From: Bacillota bacterium
GTDB lineage: Bacteria; Bacillota; Sulfobacillia; JAJYWN01
Assembly: GCA_021791495.1 (NCBI GenBank)
Contig: JAJYWN010000016.1
Span: 38,970 to 102,969, forward strand
Length of the DNA: 64,000 bases
Direction of reading: 5' to 3'
Below are positions 45,552 to 55,411 of the stretch, piece by piece. Below the pieces are notes generated by a model. The model was given only the letters and a program-made list of their open reading frames with translations, made no database searches and was not told the DNA's origin. The stretch's first letter is position 1, and each line of letters begins with the position of its first letter. Both the position numbers and the translations under genes were made by a program.

Positions 45552-46697
45552 ATGCCTGTTTCCCCTGTCCGGAGAAACCGGCGCCGGCGGCTGGCGGCTC
45601 TGGCCATGATCATCACTCTACTGGTCACGTTGTCCGCGGGGTGCTGGGACTTCATCGAAATCGAACGCCGGGCCTTCGTCTTGGCAGTGGGAGTGGACCC
45701 CGGCACCACCCAGAAGCTCCGCGTCACCGTCCAGATCCTGGTGCCCATCGGCGTCTCTCCCGAAGGGGCGGCGCCCACCAAGCCCTACCGGGTCCTCACC
45801 TTCGAAGCCGACTCCCTGGGTGACTTCACCAACCAGCTCATCAGCAGCTTGCGTCACATTATCGATTTCGGACATCTGACCTACATCGTCTTGCAGGAGG
45901 AACTGGCCCGCCCGGGACTCCAGGAATTTGAGTGGTTCTCACGCTCACTCCGGCTACCGGGCTCGGTGCAGTTCATGTTGACCAGGGACACGTCCGAAGC
46001 GGTGGTCTCCGCCACCACTCCGATAGACCCCATCCCGGCGACCTACGTGTCCGAAGGAGCGAAAAGAAAGGAGAAGACAGGTTCCGCGGTAGTCTACACC
46101 ACTTTGCGCGAGGCCTTCGTCCGCGCCTTCAATAACCCGTTGGAGGATGCCTTCGCCCAAGGGCTTACTTCGCAGAAGTACGGGATCAACTTCGACGGCT
46201 TGGCCGTGTTCTCGCAGTTGAAACTGGCCGGCTGGCTGGACGAAGATGAGACGAGCATCTTCAAGTTAGTACAGCACTCCTCGGCGGTCCATCGCTACAT
46301 CACCACCCACCTGGACGACGGTACGCGGGTCACGGCCGAGTCCAGCGGGGGCCGGGTCGGCTACGGAGCGCGTCTGGACGAGGACGGCCAGCCGACCCTA
46401 TGGGTGAAAGCCGATCTGGAGGTCGAGTTGAAAGAGGCCCCTGGGAGAGCGGTTTCCACCACCGAGGCCCAGCACGAGATCGAATCCGCTCTGGCCAAGG
46501 AAGTCCAGACCAAGATAACGGATGTCATCAGAAAACTGCAAGGGATAAACTCCGACCCGTTAGGCTTTGGTGAACGGTTGCGGCGGCGGGCCCCCACGTA
46601 CCCGGACCTGGGCGCGTGGCATGACGGTGTCTACCAGAGCGTTCCATTGGAAGTTGAAGTAAAAGTGCACATGGCGACGAGGGGTTTCCGCCGCTAG
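45552..46697 (+). CDS. gerKC: Ger(x)C germination lipoprotein
   Basis: Lipobox LSAGCWD, EIERRAFVLAVGVD, GLAVF, DPLGFG. Confidence 0.88.
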   Translation: MPVSPVRRNRRRRLAALAMIITLLVTLSAGCWDFIEIERRAFVLAVGVDPGTTQKLRVTVQILVPIGVSPEGAAPTKPYRVLTFEADSLGDFTNQLISSLRHIIDFGHLTYIVLQEELARPGLQEFEWFSRSLRLPGSVQFMLTRDTSEAVVSATTPIDPIPATYVSEGAKRKEKTGSAVVYTTLREAFVRAFNNPLEDAFAQGLTSQKYGINFDGLAVFSQLKLAGWLDEDETSIFKLVQHSSAVHRYITTHLDDGTRVTAESSGGRVGYGARLDEDGQPTLWVKADLEVELKEAPGRAVSTTEAQHEIESALAKEVQTKITDVIRKLQGINSDPLGFGERLRRRAPTYPDLGAWHDGVYQSVPLEVEVKVHMATRGFRR

Positions 46698-46712
46698 AGG
46701 AGGCAAAGTATC

Positions 46713-47852
46713 TTGGCCGTCACATTCTGGGAAATGGTCGCGCTCATGTCGGTGGTGACCGTCTGCGGGAACGTCTTCGTCGCCCCTCACGCTTTCGTGA
46801 CCGCCGCCGGCCACGTCTGGTGGGTGCCCTTCGCCGGGGGGATGGCCGTCACCCTCTTTCTGACAGCGCTCATGGCCAAGGTCCGCAACCGCCACCCACG
46901 GGTGCCCGCCCTGCAGTGGCCCCAGGTCTTCTTCGGGCCGGTCATCGGCCGCATCGTGTTGTTCCTATGGCTCTTTGATCTGTTTCTCTCCATCGTGGGA
47001 GACCTCTGGCTCATCACCAGCGTCATCACTATCACTGAGCTCTTCTCCACGCCCCACCAGGCGCTGGTTACCGCGGTGGCGCTGGCGGTATTGGCTGGAG
47101 CCCTGTCCGGTCTGGCCAACCTGGCCCGCCTCTCGCCATTGGCCGCCGCCGGGAACGCTTTCACCCTCATCATCGCGGTGTTTGTCGGCCGGTTCTTCTT
47201 AGACTACGGGTACCTGTTGCCCCTCACTCAGTGGCAGGACCTGCGGCCCCAATCCCTGGAGTTCTGGGTGTCGCTGGCCCATGTCATCCGGTATGTCCCC
47301 ATGATCGCCATCCTCGCCGGGATGGCTCCCCCGGGAGTGCAGGCCTGGCTGGCACCCTGGGTGGGAATACTCATCGGAGAAACCATCGTCGGTCTGACCA
47401 TAGTCTCGCCCATCGCTTCGCTGGGCATGGAAGGAGCCAGAGTCATCCACCGGCCCTTCAACTACCTGGCCGACGCCATCGAGATCGCCAACTTCCCCCT
47501 CCGGCGCATCGGCTCCCTGGCTCAACTGTTCTTCACCGTTAACCTCCTGTTTACCATGGCCACCCGAATGGCTGTGGTTGGCTTGGGACTGAAAACCCTG
47601 CTCCCCAAGCTCAAGGTCCAGTCGTATGTTATCCTGGCCTTTGTTCTGGCCCTGGGCCTGGCCATACCCATCGCCAACACGGAAGTTGCCCCTGAGATCT
47701 GGTTTTACTACGTGACCGTCTCCAGCCTGGCCTTTGTTCCCATAGTGATCGTCCTCTGGCTGGTCGCCACCTGGCGCAAGGCCGACGCCGACCCGCTGGC
47801 CGCGACCATTCCCGCCGAAGAGTCGGGGGGGCAGTGGCACGCCGCGTCTTGA
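46713..47852 (+). CDS. gerKB: Germination receptor B subunit (GerAB family)
   Basis: About 10 TM; STPH, YLLPL, GMEGA...PF, EIANFPLRRI; follows gerKC. Confidence 0.8.
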   Translation: MAVTFWEMVALMSVVTVCGNVFVAPHAFVTAAGHVWWVPFAGGMAVTLFLTALMAKVRNRHPRVPALQWPQVFFGPVIGRIVLFLWLFDLFLSIVGDLWLITSVITITELFSTPHQALVTAVALAVLAGALSGLANLARLSPLAAAGNAFTLIIAVFVGRFFLDYGYLLPLTQWQDLRPQSLEFWVSLAHVIRYVPMIAILAGMAPPGVQAWLAPWVGILIGETIVGLTIVSPIASLGMEGARVIHRPFNYLADAIEIANFPLRRIGSLAQLFFTVNLLFTMATRMAVVGLGLKTLLPKLKVQSYVILAFVLALGLAIPIANTEVAPEIWFYYVTVSSLAFVPIVIVLWLVATWRKADADPLAATIPAEESGGQWHAAS

Positions 47853-47974
47853 GCGACGTTGGCTCCATCCGGTTACTGTCCAAGCCGTCATAATCACCCG
47901 TCCGGACCAGTAGGATTCTGGCGGGAGCCCGCGGCCTCCGGACGAAACGGGCCGCGCTCCGGGGGGCGACGGGA

Positions 47975-48976
47975 ATGCGGCTACGCCAGCGATTGCGCAG
48001 GGGGATCCGGGCCGGAGGCGAGCGGTGGCGCGCCTTCTTCGGACTTGTTCAAGGTGAGCCGGATTCTCGGATGACCGGCGACGAGGCCGAGAGCGGTATT
48101 TCGGCCTACCAACGCCCGGCGTCCGCCCGTGGCTCCGCCCGAGGTGGAGATGGTTGGAGTGGCGCGGCGGACGTCTACCGGCGTCCGAGACGGCAGCCGT
48201 ATCGCGAGACCCTTGATAGCCGCGCCGGCCGCGGTAGCGACCGTGATGTTGCCCCGCGCTGGCCTCTGTGGGTCACCCAGAGTCTGGCGGCGTTGGTCAT
48301 CTTCATCGTCGCGGTGGCCTACACCCATTCCGGGTTGCCGGGGCAGGCGCAGCTCCGGACGGCCCTGACCCGCCTGGTGACCACAGACTACGATTTCCAG
48401 GGCCTCTTGACCAGACTCCCGTCGTGGGATAAGGTCAAGAGCGTCTTCGGCCCGGGTGCCCTGACCCGCCTTTGGTGGCAGGGCGATGACCAAGGGAAGC
48501 CGACCGGCCTGAACGACTCCACCGGGGTCGGTACCGGTACTGGAACCGGCAACGGGACAGGCACCGGCACGACGCTGCGCCTCATCGCTCCTGTGCCCGG
48601 AGCGGTATCTTCCGGATTCGGTTGGCGCATCGACCCCCAAACCAAGAAGGAGGAGTACCACCCCGGCCTAGACCTGAAGGCCAAGTTGGGTGACCTGATC
48701 CTGTCCGCCGCCGCCGGTAAGGTGCTCCACGTGGGTAACGACCCCACCGGTTACGGCAGATGGCTCGAAATCGACCACGGCAACGGTGTGACCACCATTT
48801 ACGGCCACACCTCCGAAATCCTGGTGAAGGAGAAGGACACCGTTAAACAGGGCCAGGTCATCGCCAAGGTGGGGCAGACCGGGAACGCGCAGGCGCCACA
48901 TCTCCACTTCGAAGTCCGCCGGAACGGAGAGGTCATCGACCCCGCGCCCGCGCTGGGCCTGGCTCAGGGGAGTTAG
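47975..48976 (+). CDS. spoIVFA: M23/LytM peptidase, SpoIVFA-like
   Basis: Single TM; PVPGAVSSGFG, HPGLD, YGH, HLHFE; directly upstream of the M50 gene. Confidence 0.75.
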   Translation: MRLRQRLRRGIRAGGERWRAFFGLVQGEPDSRMTGDEAESGISAYQRPASARGSARGGDGWSGAADVYRRPRRQPYRETLDSRAGRGSDRDVAPRWPLWVTQSLAALVIFIVAVAYTHSGLPGQAQLRTALTRLVTTDYDFQGLLTRLPSWDKVKSVFGPGALTRLWWQGDDQGKPTGLNDSTGVGTGTGTGNGTGTGTTLRLIAPVPGAVSSGFGWRIDPQTKKEEYHPGLDLKAKLGDLILSAAAGKVLHVGNDPTGYGRWLEIDHGNGVTTIYGHTSEILVKEKDTVKQGQVIAKVGQTGNAQAPHLHFEVRRNGEVIDPAPALGLAQGS

Positions 48977-49004
48977 GGCGCCGGGGCGTGGCGCCGGAAC
49001 CGGG

Positions 49005-50039
49005 GTGCGACTGGGCCGCTTCGGCACGCTGCGTCTGACCGTCGACCCGCTCTTCCTGGGGGTCCTGGCCCTGGCCGTCGTTCTCGGAAAGCCGGCCGAA
49101 GCGGCCCTGGCCCTGATCGCCCTGGCTGCCCACGAATTCGCCCACCTCGCCTTGGCCGGGGCCACCGGCTTTCGTCCCACGGCTCTGCACCTCATGCCTT
49201 TCGGGGGCGTGGCGACCCTGGCGGAGGACTTGCACCTGCGCCCGGCGGCGGAGTTCCTCGTGGCGGCCGCCGGCCCCGCCGCTAACCTGGCCCTGGCCGC
49301 CCTGGCGGCCTGGCTCCGGTCGCTCCCTCTGACCCAAGGTCCGGTGGCCGCTTTTGCCGTCTGGGTCAACCTTGGTCTGGCCGCCGCCAATCTCGTGCCG
49401 GCCGAACCCCTGGACGGGGGGCGGGTGCTTCGGGCGGTGTTGGCCGAGTGGTGGGGGGAGAAGCGGGCCGCGCGCCTTTCCCGTACCTGCACCACGGCGG
49501 TCATTATCGCCCTGGCGGCCGCCGCGCTGGTCCTTCCCCTGGTGTCCGTCAAACACGTGGCCTGGTCCGTCAACCTGCTGGTCCTGGCCCTCTTTATCCA
49601 GCTGGGCCGCGTCCGGGCCGGTGCCGCGCTGGGCGCCGCATCCGCCGCGGCTTTCGCCGCCACCACCACCGGCCACCTTTTCTACCGCCGCCTGCGTCAA
49701 AAGAGGCAGGACCTCCAGGACGGGATCATCCTCTCAGGACAACACTTAGTGATGTCGGAGAACGCCCGCCTGCTGCCGGCCCTGGACCGGCTGCGGGCCG
49801 GGAAGTACAGCTTCGTCGCCGTCTGTGGGTCCGACCTCACCCTCCGGGGAACGGTAGGGGAAGCCGAAGCGGTGCGTGTCCTGGCGGAAAAGGGGGCCCG
49901 GGCCACCGGTGCCGACCTGCTGCCGCGGGCCTCCGGCCCCCTCCCCAAGACCTCCGGTTCACTCCCTACTACCTCCGGTCCGCTCCCGAAGAATGCCGCC
50001 TCACCTCCTGGGAGCCCGGACTTGCCTCCTACTAAGTAG
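49005..50039 (+). CDS. spoIVFB: M50 intramembrane metalloprotease, SpoIVFB-like
   Basis: HEFAH, AAAGPAAN, NLVPAEPLDGGR, CBS-like C-terminus; synteny. Confidence 0.85.
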   Translation: MRLGRFGTLRLTVDPLFLGVLALAVVLGKPAEAALALIALAAHEFAHLALAGATGFRPTALHLMPFGGVATLAEDLHLRPAAEFLVAAAGPAANLALAALAAWLRSLPLTQGPVAAFAVWVNLGLAAANLVPAEPLDGGRVLRAVLAEWWGEKRAARLSRTCTTAVIIALAAAALVLPLVSVKHVAWSVNLLVLALFIQLGRVRAGAALGAASAAAFAATTTGHLFYRRLRQKRQDLQDGIILSGQHLVMSENARLLPALDRLRAGKYSFVAVCGSDLTLRGTVGEAEAVRVLAEKGARATGADLLPRASGPLPKTSGSLPTTSGPLPKNAASPPGSPDLPPTK

Positions 50040-50162
50040 TGCTAAATCATCACCTGAATTACCCAGGTAGAAATCTGCAACCACCATTGGATATAATCTA
50101 GTTTAGATTGTTACCAACAGATGCCAGAGAAGAGGCCGCACGGAGGCGCCCGAGAAGACATC

Positions 50163-52244
50163 ATGACCGACCTGGAACGCCTGATAGAATACGAAATCCT
50201 TCCCCGCGTCGCCAAACCGGCCCGCTACACCGGCGGCGAGTGGAACATGATCCGGAAGGATCACGCCCAGACGGCGATCAAGGTCGCCCTGGCTTTCCCC
50301 GATGTCTACGAGATCGGCATGTCCCACCTGGGGTTGCGGATCCTGTACGATGTGGTGAACCGGCGCCTCGACGCCTTGGCGGAGCGGGTCTTCGCCCCAT
50401 GGCTGGACATGGAAGAGGCCCTGCGGGCCCGCGGCATCCCCTTGTTCACCTTGGAAAGCCGCACGCCGGTTTCAGCCTTCGACCTGCTCGGTTTCTCGCT
50501 GCAATATGAACTCTCTTACACCAATTTGCTGAACATGCTGGACCTGGCGGGATTGCCGCTGGCGGCGGCGGAGCGGGACGCCCGTCATCCCCTGGTCATC
50601 GCCGGCGGCCCCTGCGCCTATAACCCGGAGCCCCTGGCGCCATTCCTGGATGCGGTGGTGCTGGGCGAGGGCGAAGAGGTGCTGGGGGAGATCATCGACC
50701 TTCTGGCGCGCCACAAGGCGGCGGGCGGCGGTATGGTCAAGGACGCGGACGCCGCCGCCGGCCCCGACCGAGAAGCGGCCATCGACGGTGCCGCCGTACA
50801 TCGTCAAAGTCGCGCCCAGTTCCTGCGAGACTTGGCGCGTATCCCCGGGGTCTACGTCCCCTCTCTGTATGAGGTTTCTTATCACCCCAATGGCGCGGTG
50901 GCCGCCATCACTCCGGTGAAGGGCGCGGTCGGTGACGGACAGTCCGCGGCGGCCCAGGCTCCGCCGGTGGTCGAGAAGCGGCTCTTGGCCTCGATGGCCG
51001 GGGCGCCCTATCCCTCGGCGCCTGTGGTCCCCTTTATCGACATCGTCCACGACCGCGCCATGGTGGAGGTTTTCCGCGGGTGCACCCAGGGCTGCCGTTT
51101 TTGCCATGCCGGTATGGTTTACCGGCCGGTCCGCGAGAAGACGGCCGCCGAAGTGGTGGACCAGGCGGCCCGGCAGGTGGCCAGCACCGGACACGACGAG
51201 CTTTCGCTGGTTTCGCTCAGCTCCTGTGACTACTCCCGCATCGGGCCCGTGCTGCGCGAACTCCTCGATACCCACGCGCCTTCGGGAGTGGGAGTGTCGC
51301 TCCCTTCCTTGCGTGTCGACTCCTTCTCCGTGGCCTTGGCCCAAGAGGTACAGCGGGTGCGGAAGACGGGGCTGACCTTCGCGCCGGAGGCCGGGACGCA
51401 GCGCCTGCGCGATGTCATCAACAAGCGCGTCACCCGCGAGGACATCCTGGGCACGGCGGGGGCGGCTTTCGCCGCGGGGTGGGATGGGCTGAAGCTGTAC
51501 TTCATGATCGGCCTGCCCACCGAGACCGAGGAAGACCTCGAAGGTATCGTCGAGCTGGCCCGGGCCATAGTGGCCAAGTACGAGGAAGTGAACGCGGGTC
51601 ATAAGCGACGCCGGCCCGTGCGCGTCACGGTCAGCGTTTCTACCTTCGTGCCCAAGGCCATGACGCCGTTCCAGTGGGAACCACAGGATGGGATCGACAC
51701 CATCAAGGCTAAACAGGCTTACCTGAAGAGACGCCTCCCGAAGGGCAAGATCGAGTTGAACTGGCACGAGCCCGAGGCCAGCTTCATCGAAGCCGTCATG
51801 GCGCGTGGCGACCGGCGGCTGGCCCGTACCCTTGAGGAAGTGTGGCGGCTGGGGGCCCGTTTCGACGGGTGGGGCGACCAGTTCCGGTTCGACCGCTGGA
51901 CCGAGGCTTTCGCCAAGAGCGGGGTGGACCCCACTTTCTACGCCAACCGGCGGCGGGCCGAGGACGAGGTGTTCCCCTGGGACCACCTCACGGGCGGGGT
52001 GGATAAAGAGTTTCTTGTAGATGAGCGGCGCGCGGCTTTCCATGGACAGACCACCGACGACTGCCGCCAGGTGGGTTGCACTAATTGCGGCGTATGCCCG
52101 GCTCTGGGTGTGGCCATCGACCTGCACCCGGAGGACGACCGCGCGGAACGTGATGGCCGCGCGGAACGTGGCGATCGCGCCACCGTTGCGGCTGTGCCGG
52201 CCTCTCCCGCGGAATCCCTGAGCGAAGGGGGCACGGCCCGGTGA
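50163..52244 (+). CDS. B12-binding radical SAM protein (TIGR03960 type)
   Basis: KPARYTGGE, FPDVYEIGMSHLG, RGCTQGCRFC, APEAGTQRLR; start at MTDLE. Confidence 0.92.
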   Translation: MTDLERLIEYEILPRVAKPARYTGGEWNMIRKDHAQTAIKVALAFPDVYEIGMSHLGLRILYDVVNRRLDALAERVFAPWLDMEEALRARGIPLFTLESRTPVSAFDLLGFSLQYELSYTNLLNMLDLAGLPLAAAERDARHPLVIAGGPCAYNPEPLAPFLDAVVLGEGEEVLGEIIDLLARHKAAGGGMVKDADAAAGPDREAAIDGAAVHRQSRAQFLRDLARIPGVYVPSLYEVSYHPNGAVAAITPVKGAVGDGQSAAAQAPPVVEKRLLASMAGAPYPSAPVVPFIDIVHDRAMVEVFRGCTQGCRFCHAGMVYRPVREKTAAEVVDQAARQVASTGHDELSLVSLSSCDYSRIGPVLRELLDTHAPSGVGVSLPSLRVDSFSVALAQEVQRVRKTGLTFAPEAGTQRLRDVINKRVTREDILGTAGAAFAAGWDGLKLYFMIGLPTETEEDLEGIVELARAIVAKYEEVNAGHKRRRPVRVTVSVSTFVPKAMTPFQWEPQDGIDTIKAKQAYLKRRLPKGKIELNWHEPEASFIEAVMARGDRRLARTLEEVWRLGARFDGWGDQFRFDRWTEAFAKSGVDPTFYANRRRAEDEVFPWDHLTGGVDKEFLVDERRAAFHGQTTDDCRQVGCTNCGVCPALGVAIDLHPEDDRAERDGRAERGDRATVAAVPASPAESLSEGGTAR

Positions 52245-53050
52245 GGGTGCGCATCCTTTTCGCCAAGGACCCGGCCGTCCGGTTCATATCCCACCTGGAC
52301 CTGGCCCGGGCGTGGGAGAGAGCCCTCCGGCGCAGCGGCGTGCCGCTCAAGCTGGCGGGAGAGTTCAACCCTCACCCGAGATTGGTCTTCGCCGCCCCGC
52401 TATCGGTGGGGGCTTGCGGCGAGCGCGAACTCCTGGACGTTTTCTTGGCCCAAGGCATGGGCCTGGACGAGTTCGCGCGGGCAGTGCGGACCCGGTTGCC
52501 CGCCGGCCTGCCGCTCCTGGGTGTCCGAGAAGTGTCGCCGGAGGAGCCGGCCCTGACCGCCCAGGCCAACCTGGCCGACTACCGTTGGGAACCACGGGGC
52601 CCGTCGGCACTGGGGAGCGTTCGACAAGACGTGGAGGCCGGGGCGGCGGCCGCCGAAGTACTGCATCGCGCTGTTGAAGCTTTCTGGGCGGCACCGGCGT
52701 GCCCGGTGGAGCGGAAGACCAAGTCCGGCCAACTCCGCACCATCGACGTCCGCCCGCTGCTAAAGGGGCTGGCAGTCGAGGTTGGAGACCTTTCGAGCGA
52801 CGGAAGCCGGTCGAGCGATGGAGGCCGGCCGGCGGGTGCGCCGGATTCGGCGGTGGTTTTCCGTGCGGCCCTGGGGACCGAAGACGCCGTGCGGCCTTCG
52901 GAAGTGGTGGCGGCCTTGGGCGCTTGTCTCAAGCAAGTTTTCGCCCCCGAGGCTGGATTGGTCACTCGCGGGTGGCTGTATCATGAGAACGGCGAAGGCG
53001 GCTCTCTGCCCCTTTGGCCGCCGACTGGGGACGGGCCGGCGATGTTCTGA
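52241..53050 (+). CDS. Radical SAM-associated protein (TIGR03936/DUF2344 type)
   Basis: RFISHLDL, RALRRSG, FNPHPRLVFAAPLSVG, DVRP; GTGA overlap. Confidence 0.9.
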   Translation: MRVRILFAKDPAVRFISHLDLARAWERALRRSGVPLKLAGEFNPHPRLVFAAPLSVGACGERELLDVFLAQGMGLDEFARAVRTRLPAGLPLLGVREVSPEEPALTAQANLADYRWEPRGPSALGSVRQDVEAGAAAAEVLHRAVEAFWAAPACPVERKTKSGQLRTIDVRPLLKGLAVEVGDLSSDGSRSSDGGRPAGAPDSAVVFRAALGTEDAVRPSEVVAALGACLKQVFAPEAGLVTRGWLYHENGEGGSLPLWPPTGDGPAMF

Positions 53051-53227
53051 CCGGCCCGGCAGGGGGGCGAAGTGAGTTTCGGCGCCACCTAGCAAGCCTG
53101 GTAGTATCGCCGGCTATACTACCAAACTCCATATGCGAGAAATCGGAACCTCACGGTTCCGTCTTGAATGTCACAAGTTCGGGATCTGACTGTAGTTTTT
53201 GAAGAGTTCTAGTCTGGAGATGGTGCG

Positions 53228-54919
53228 ATGACCAAGGAGATATTGGTCAGCATCGACCAGGACGAAATCCGTGCCGCCGTCCTTGAGGACGGGGTTCTGG
53301 TCGAGATTTACATCGAGCGGGCTTCGGCCGCCCGCGTCGTCGGTAACATCTACAAGGGCCGCGTCGAAAACGTCTTGCCGGGCATGGAGGCCGCCTTCGT
53401 CAGCATCGGTTTGGAGCGCAACGCCTTTCTGTACGTCAGTGACGCCCTGGCTCCCCGCGGCGAGGATAACGAGGAGATCGTGCCGCCGCCCCGCACGCGG
53501 AACATCAAGGACCTGCTGCGCCCCGGCCAGGAACTGATCCTGCAAATCACCAAGGAGCCCATCGGCACCAAGGGGGCGCGGGTCACCAGTCACGCGACGC
53601 TCCCTGGCCGCTACTGCGTGCTCATGCCCACCGTGGAATATGTGGGCGTGTCGCGGCGCATCGAAGACCCGGCCGAGCGGGACCGGTTGCGGAAGCTGGC
53701 CGACAAACTCCGGCCGCCCGATACCGGGATCATCATCCGCACGGCGGCGGAAGGGCGGAGCGATGCTGAGATAGCAGGTGACATCCGCTTCCTCAGCCAC
53801 CTCTGGACGCGCATCGGGAACCGGGCCCGTACCAGTTCGGCGCCGGCCCTCCTCCACCGAGACCTGGGCCTAACGTTCCGCATGGTGCGTGACCACTTCA
53901 CCGAGGACGTGACCCGCTTCATCGTCGATTCGAAGCAGGAGTACGACCGGGTCATGGAGCTTCTGGACGAGATGAGCCCGAACCTGAAGAGCCGCGTTTC
54001 CATCTTCGAGAGCCGGGACCGCTCGCTCTTCGATACCTACGGGGTGGAACAGGAGATCGAGAAAGCCAGCCGCAAGAAAGTCTGGTTGCGGAGCGGTGGC
54101 TATATAATCATCGACCAGACTGAGGCTCTGACGGTCATCGACGTCAATACCGGCAAGTTCGTGGGTTCCACGAACCTTGAAGACACGGTACTGCGGAATA
54201 ACCTGGAGGCGGCCTACGAGATCGCCCGGCAGTTGCGGCTGCGCGACATCGGGGGGATCATCATCGCCGACTTCATAGACATGGAGTCTCCCGAGCACCG
54301 CCACCGGGTGGTCCACACCTTGAACGAGGCGGTGAAGAGGGACCGCACGAAGACCCACATTTTGGGCCTCACCCAGCTGGGGCTGGTGGAGATGACCAGA
54401 AAGAAAGTGCGCGAGGGCCTGGAGGACGTGCTGACGAAGCCGTGCCCGTACTGCGAGGGGCGCGGCAAGGTGCTGGCCGAGGAGACCATGGCCGGCCGGG
54501 TGCGGCGCCAGATCAAGGACGTGCTGCGCAACAGCGATAGCGAGGCGGTGCTCATCGAGGTCCACCCATCGGTGGCGTCGCTGGTCATCGGGCCCAGCGG
54601 GAATAACCTCAAGGACCTGGAGAAGGAGCTGGGCCGGTCCATTTTCGTGCGCGGGGCCGAGGACTGCCACATCGAGGAAATCCGGGTGCGGGGCCTCGGG
54701 CCGCGCGAAGAGGTGGAGACGAAGGCCCTGCCCGTGCGGGTCGGGCAAACCTTGGACGTCCGCGTCGAGGAACCCCACGTTTCGAACTTGTGGGACGGTG
54801 TCGCCCGCCTGGACGGTTACGTCATCGACGTGGCCGGGGGCGGCAGCCACGTGAACGAGACGGTGCGCGTGGAAGTGGAGAAGGTCTACCGGACGTACGC
54901 CAAGGCCCGGATCGTTTAG
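53228..54919 (+). CDS. rng: Rne/Rng family ribonuclease with C-terminal TRAM-like domain
   Basis: GNIYKGRV, EAAFVSIG, KEPIGTKG, IDVNTGK, RLRDIGGIIIADFID, CPYC. Confidence 0.93.
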   Translation: MTKEILVSIDQDEIRAAVLEDGVLVEIYIERASAARVVGNIYKGRVENVLPGMEAAFVSIGLERNAFLYVSDALAPRGEDNEEIVPPPRTRNIKDLLRPGQELILQITKEPIGTKGARVTSHATLPGRYCVLMPTVEYVGVSRRIEDPAERDRLRKLADKLRPPDTGIIIRTAAEGRSDAEIAGDIRFLSHLWTRIGNRARTSSAPALLHRDLGLTFRMVRDHFTEDVTRFIVDSKQEYDRVMELLDEMSPNLKSRVSIFESRDRSLFDTYGVEQEIEKASRKKVWLRSGGYIIIDQTEALTVIDVNTGKFVGSTNLEDTVLRNNLEAAYEIARQLRLRDIGGIIIADFIDMESPEHRHRVVHTLNEAVKRDRTKTHILGLTQLGLVEMTRKKVREGLEDVLTKPCPYCEGRGKVLAEETMAGRVRRQIKDVLRNSDSEAVLIEVHPSVASLVIGPSGNNLKDLEKELGRSIFVRGAEDCHIEEIRVRGLGPREEVETKALPVRVGQTLDVRVEEPHVSNLWDGVARLDGYVIDVAGGGSHVNETVRVEVEKVYRTYAKARIV

Positions 54920-55030
54920 CAGCCTGCGCTGTGCGTGTATTGGCATAAGTATTCACCTGGGTGGCGTTGTGATGAATTGCTCCGCCTCGGCCCCGGGGCG
55001 GTCGAAAAGAAGGAATGAGCTTCAAATTTC

Positions 55031-55214
55031 GTTCCGTCTTTTAGACCGCGGAGTGTCGGGTGCCACTTCTTGGGGGGGTGGACAGCAAGACATCGACGCC
55101 AGAAACCTGTGACGTTAACCGTAATCACCAATTCCGGTCAACTTTCTGCGGCCAGAGATCAGTCTTGACGCTGAAAGATCTCCGAAATCGGGCCGGCGGT
55201 CTGAAAGACGGAAC
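55031..55214. repeat. 184-bp intergenic element bounded by 19-bp inverted repeats
   Basis: GTTCCGTCTTTTAGACCGC (55031-49) versus GCGGTCTGAAAGACGGAAC (55196-214), 1 mismatch. Confidence 0.7.
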
Positions 55215-55411
55215 CGCTTTTTTGGAAGAGTCCTTGTTTCCGACCGTCGATAGGTGGTTGCCGTTCACGTTGTTGACATAAAACCCCACAATTTCGCAGG
55301 CCGCAACCCGGAGGAAGGCACACTGGCTTGGCGAAAAAAGTGGTCTGCGCCTGTTGCCAGTCGCGATGGTCTGTGGCGGCGCGCAGCTGATTTCCCCTGG
55401 AGGCGGACCAC

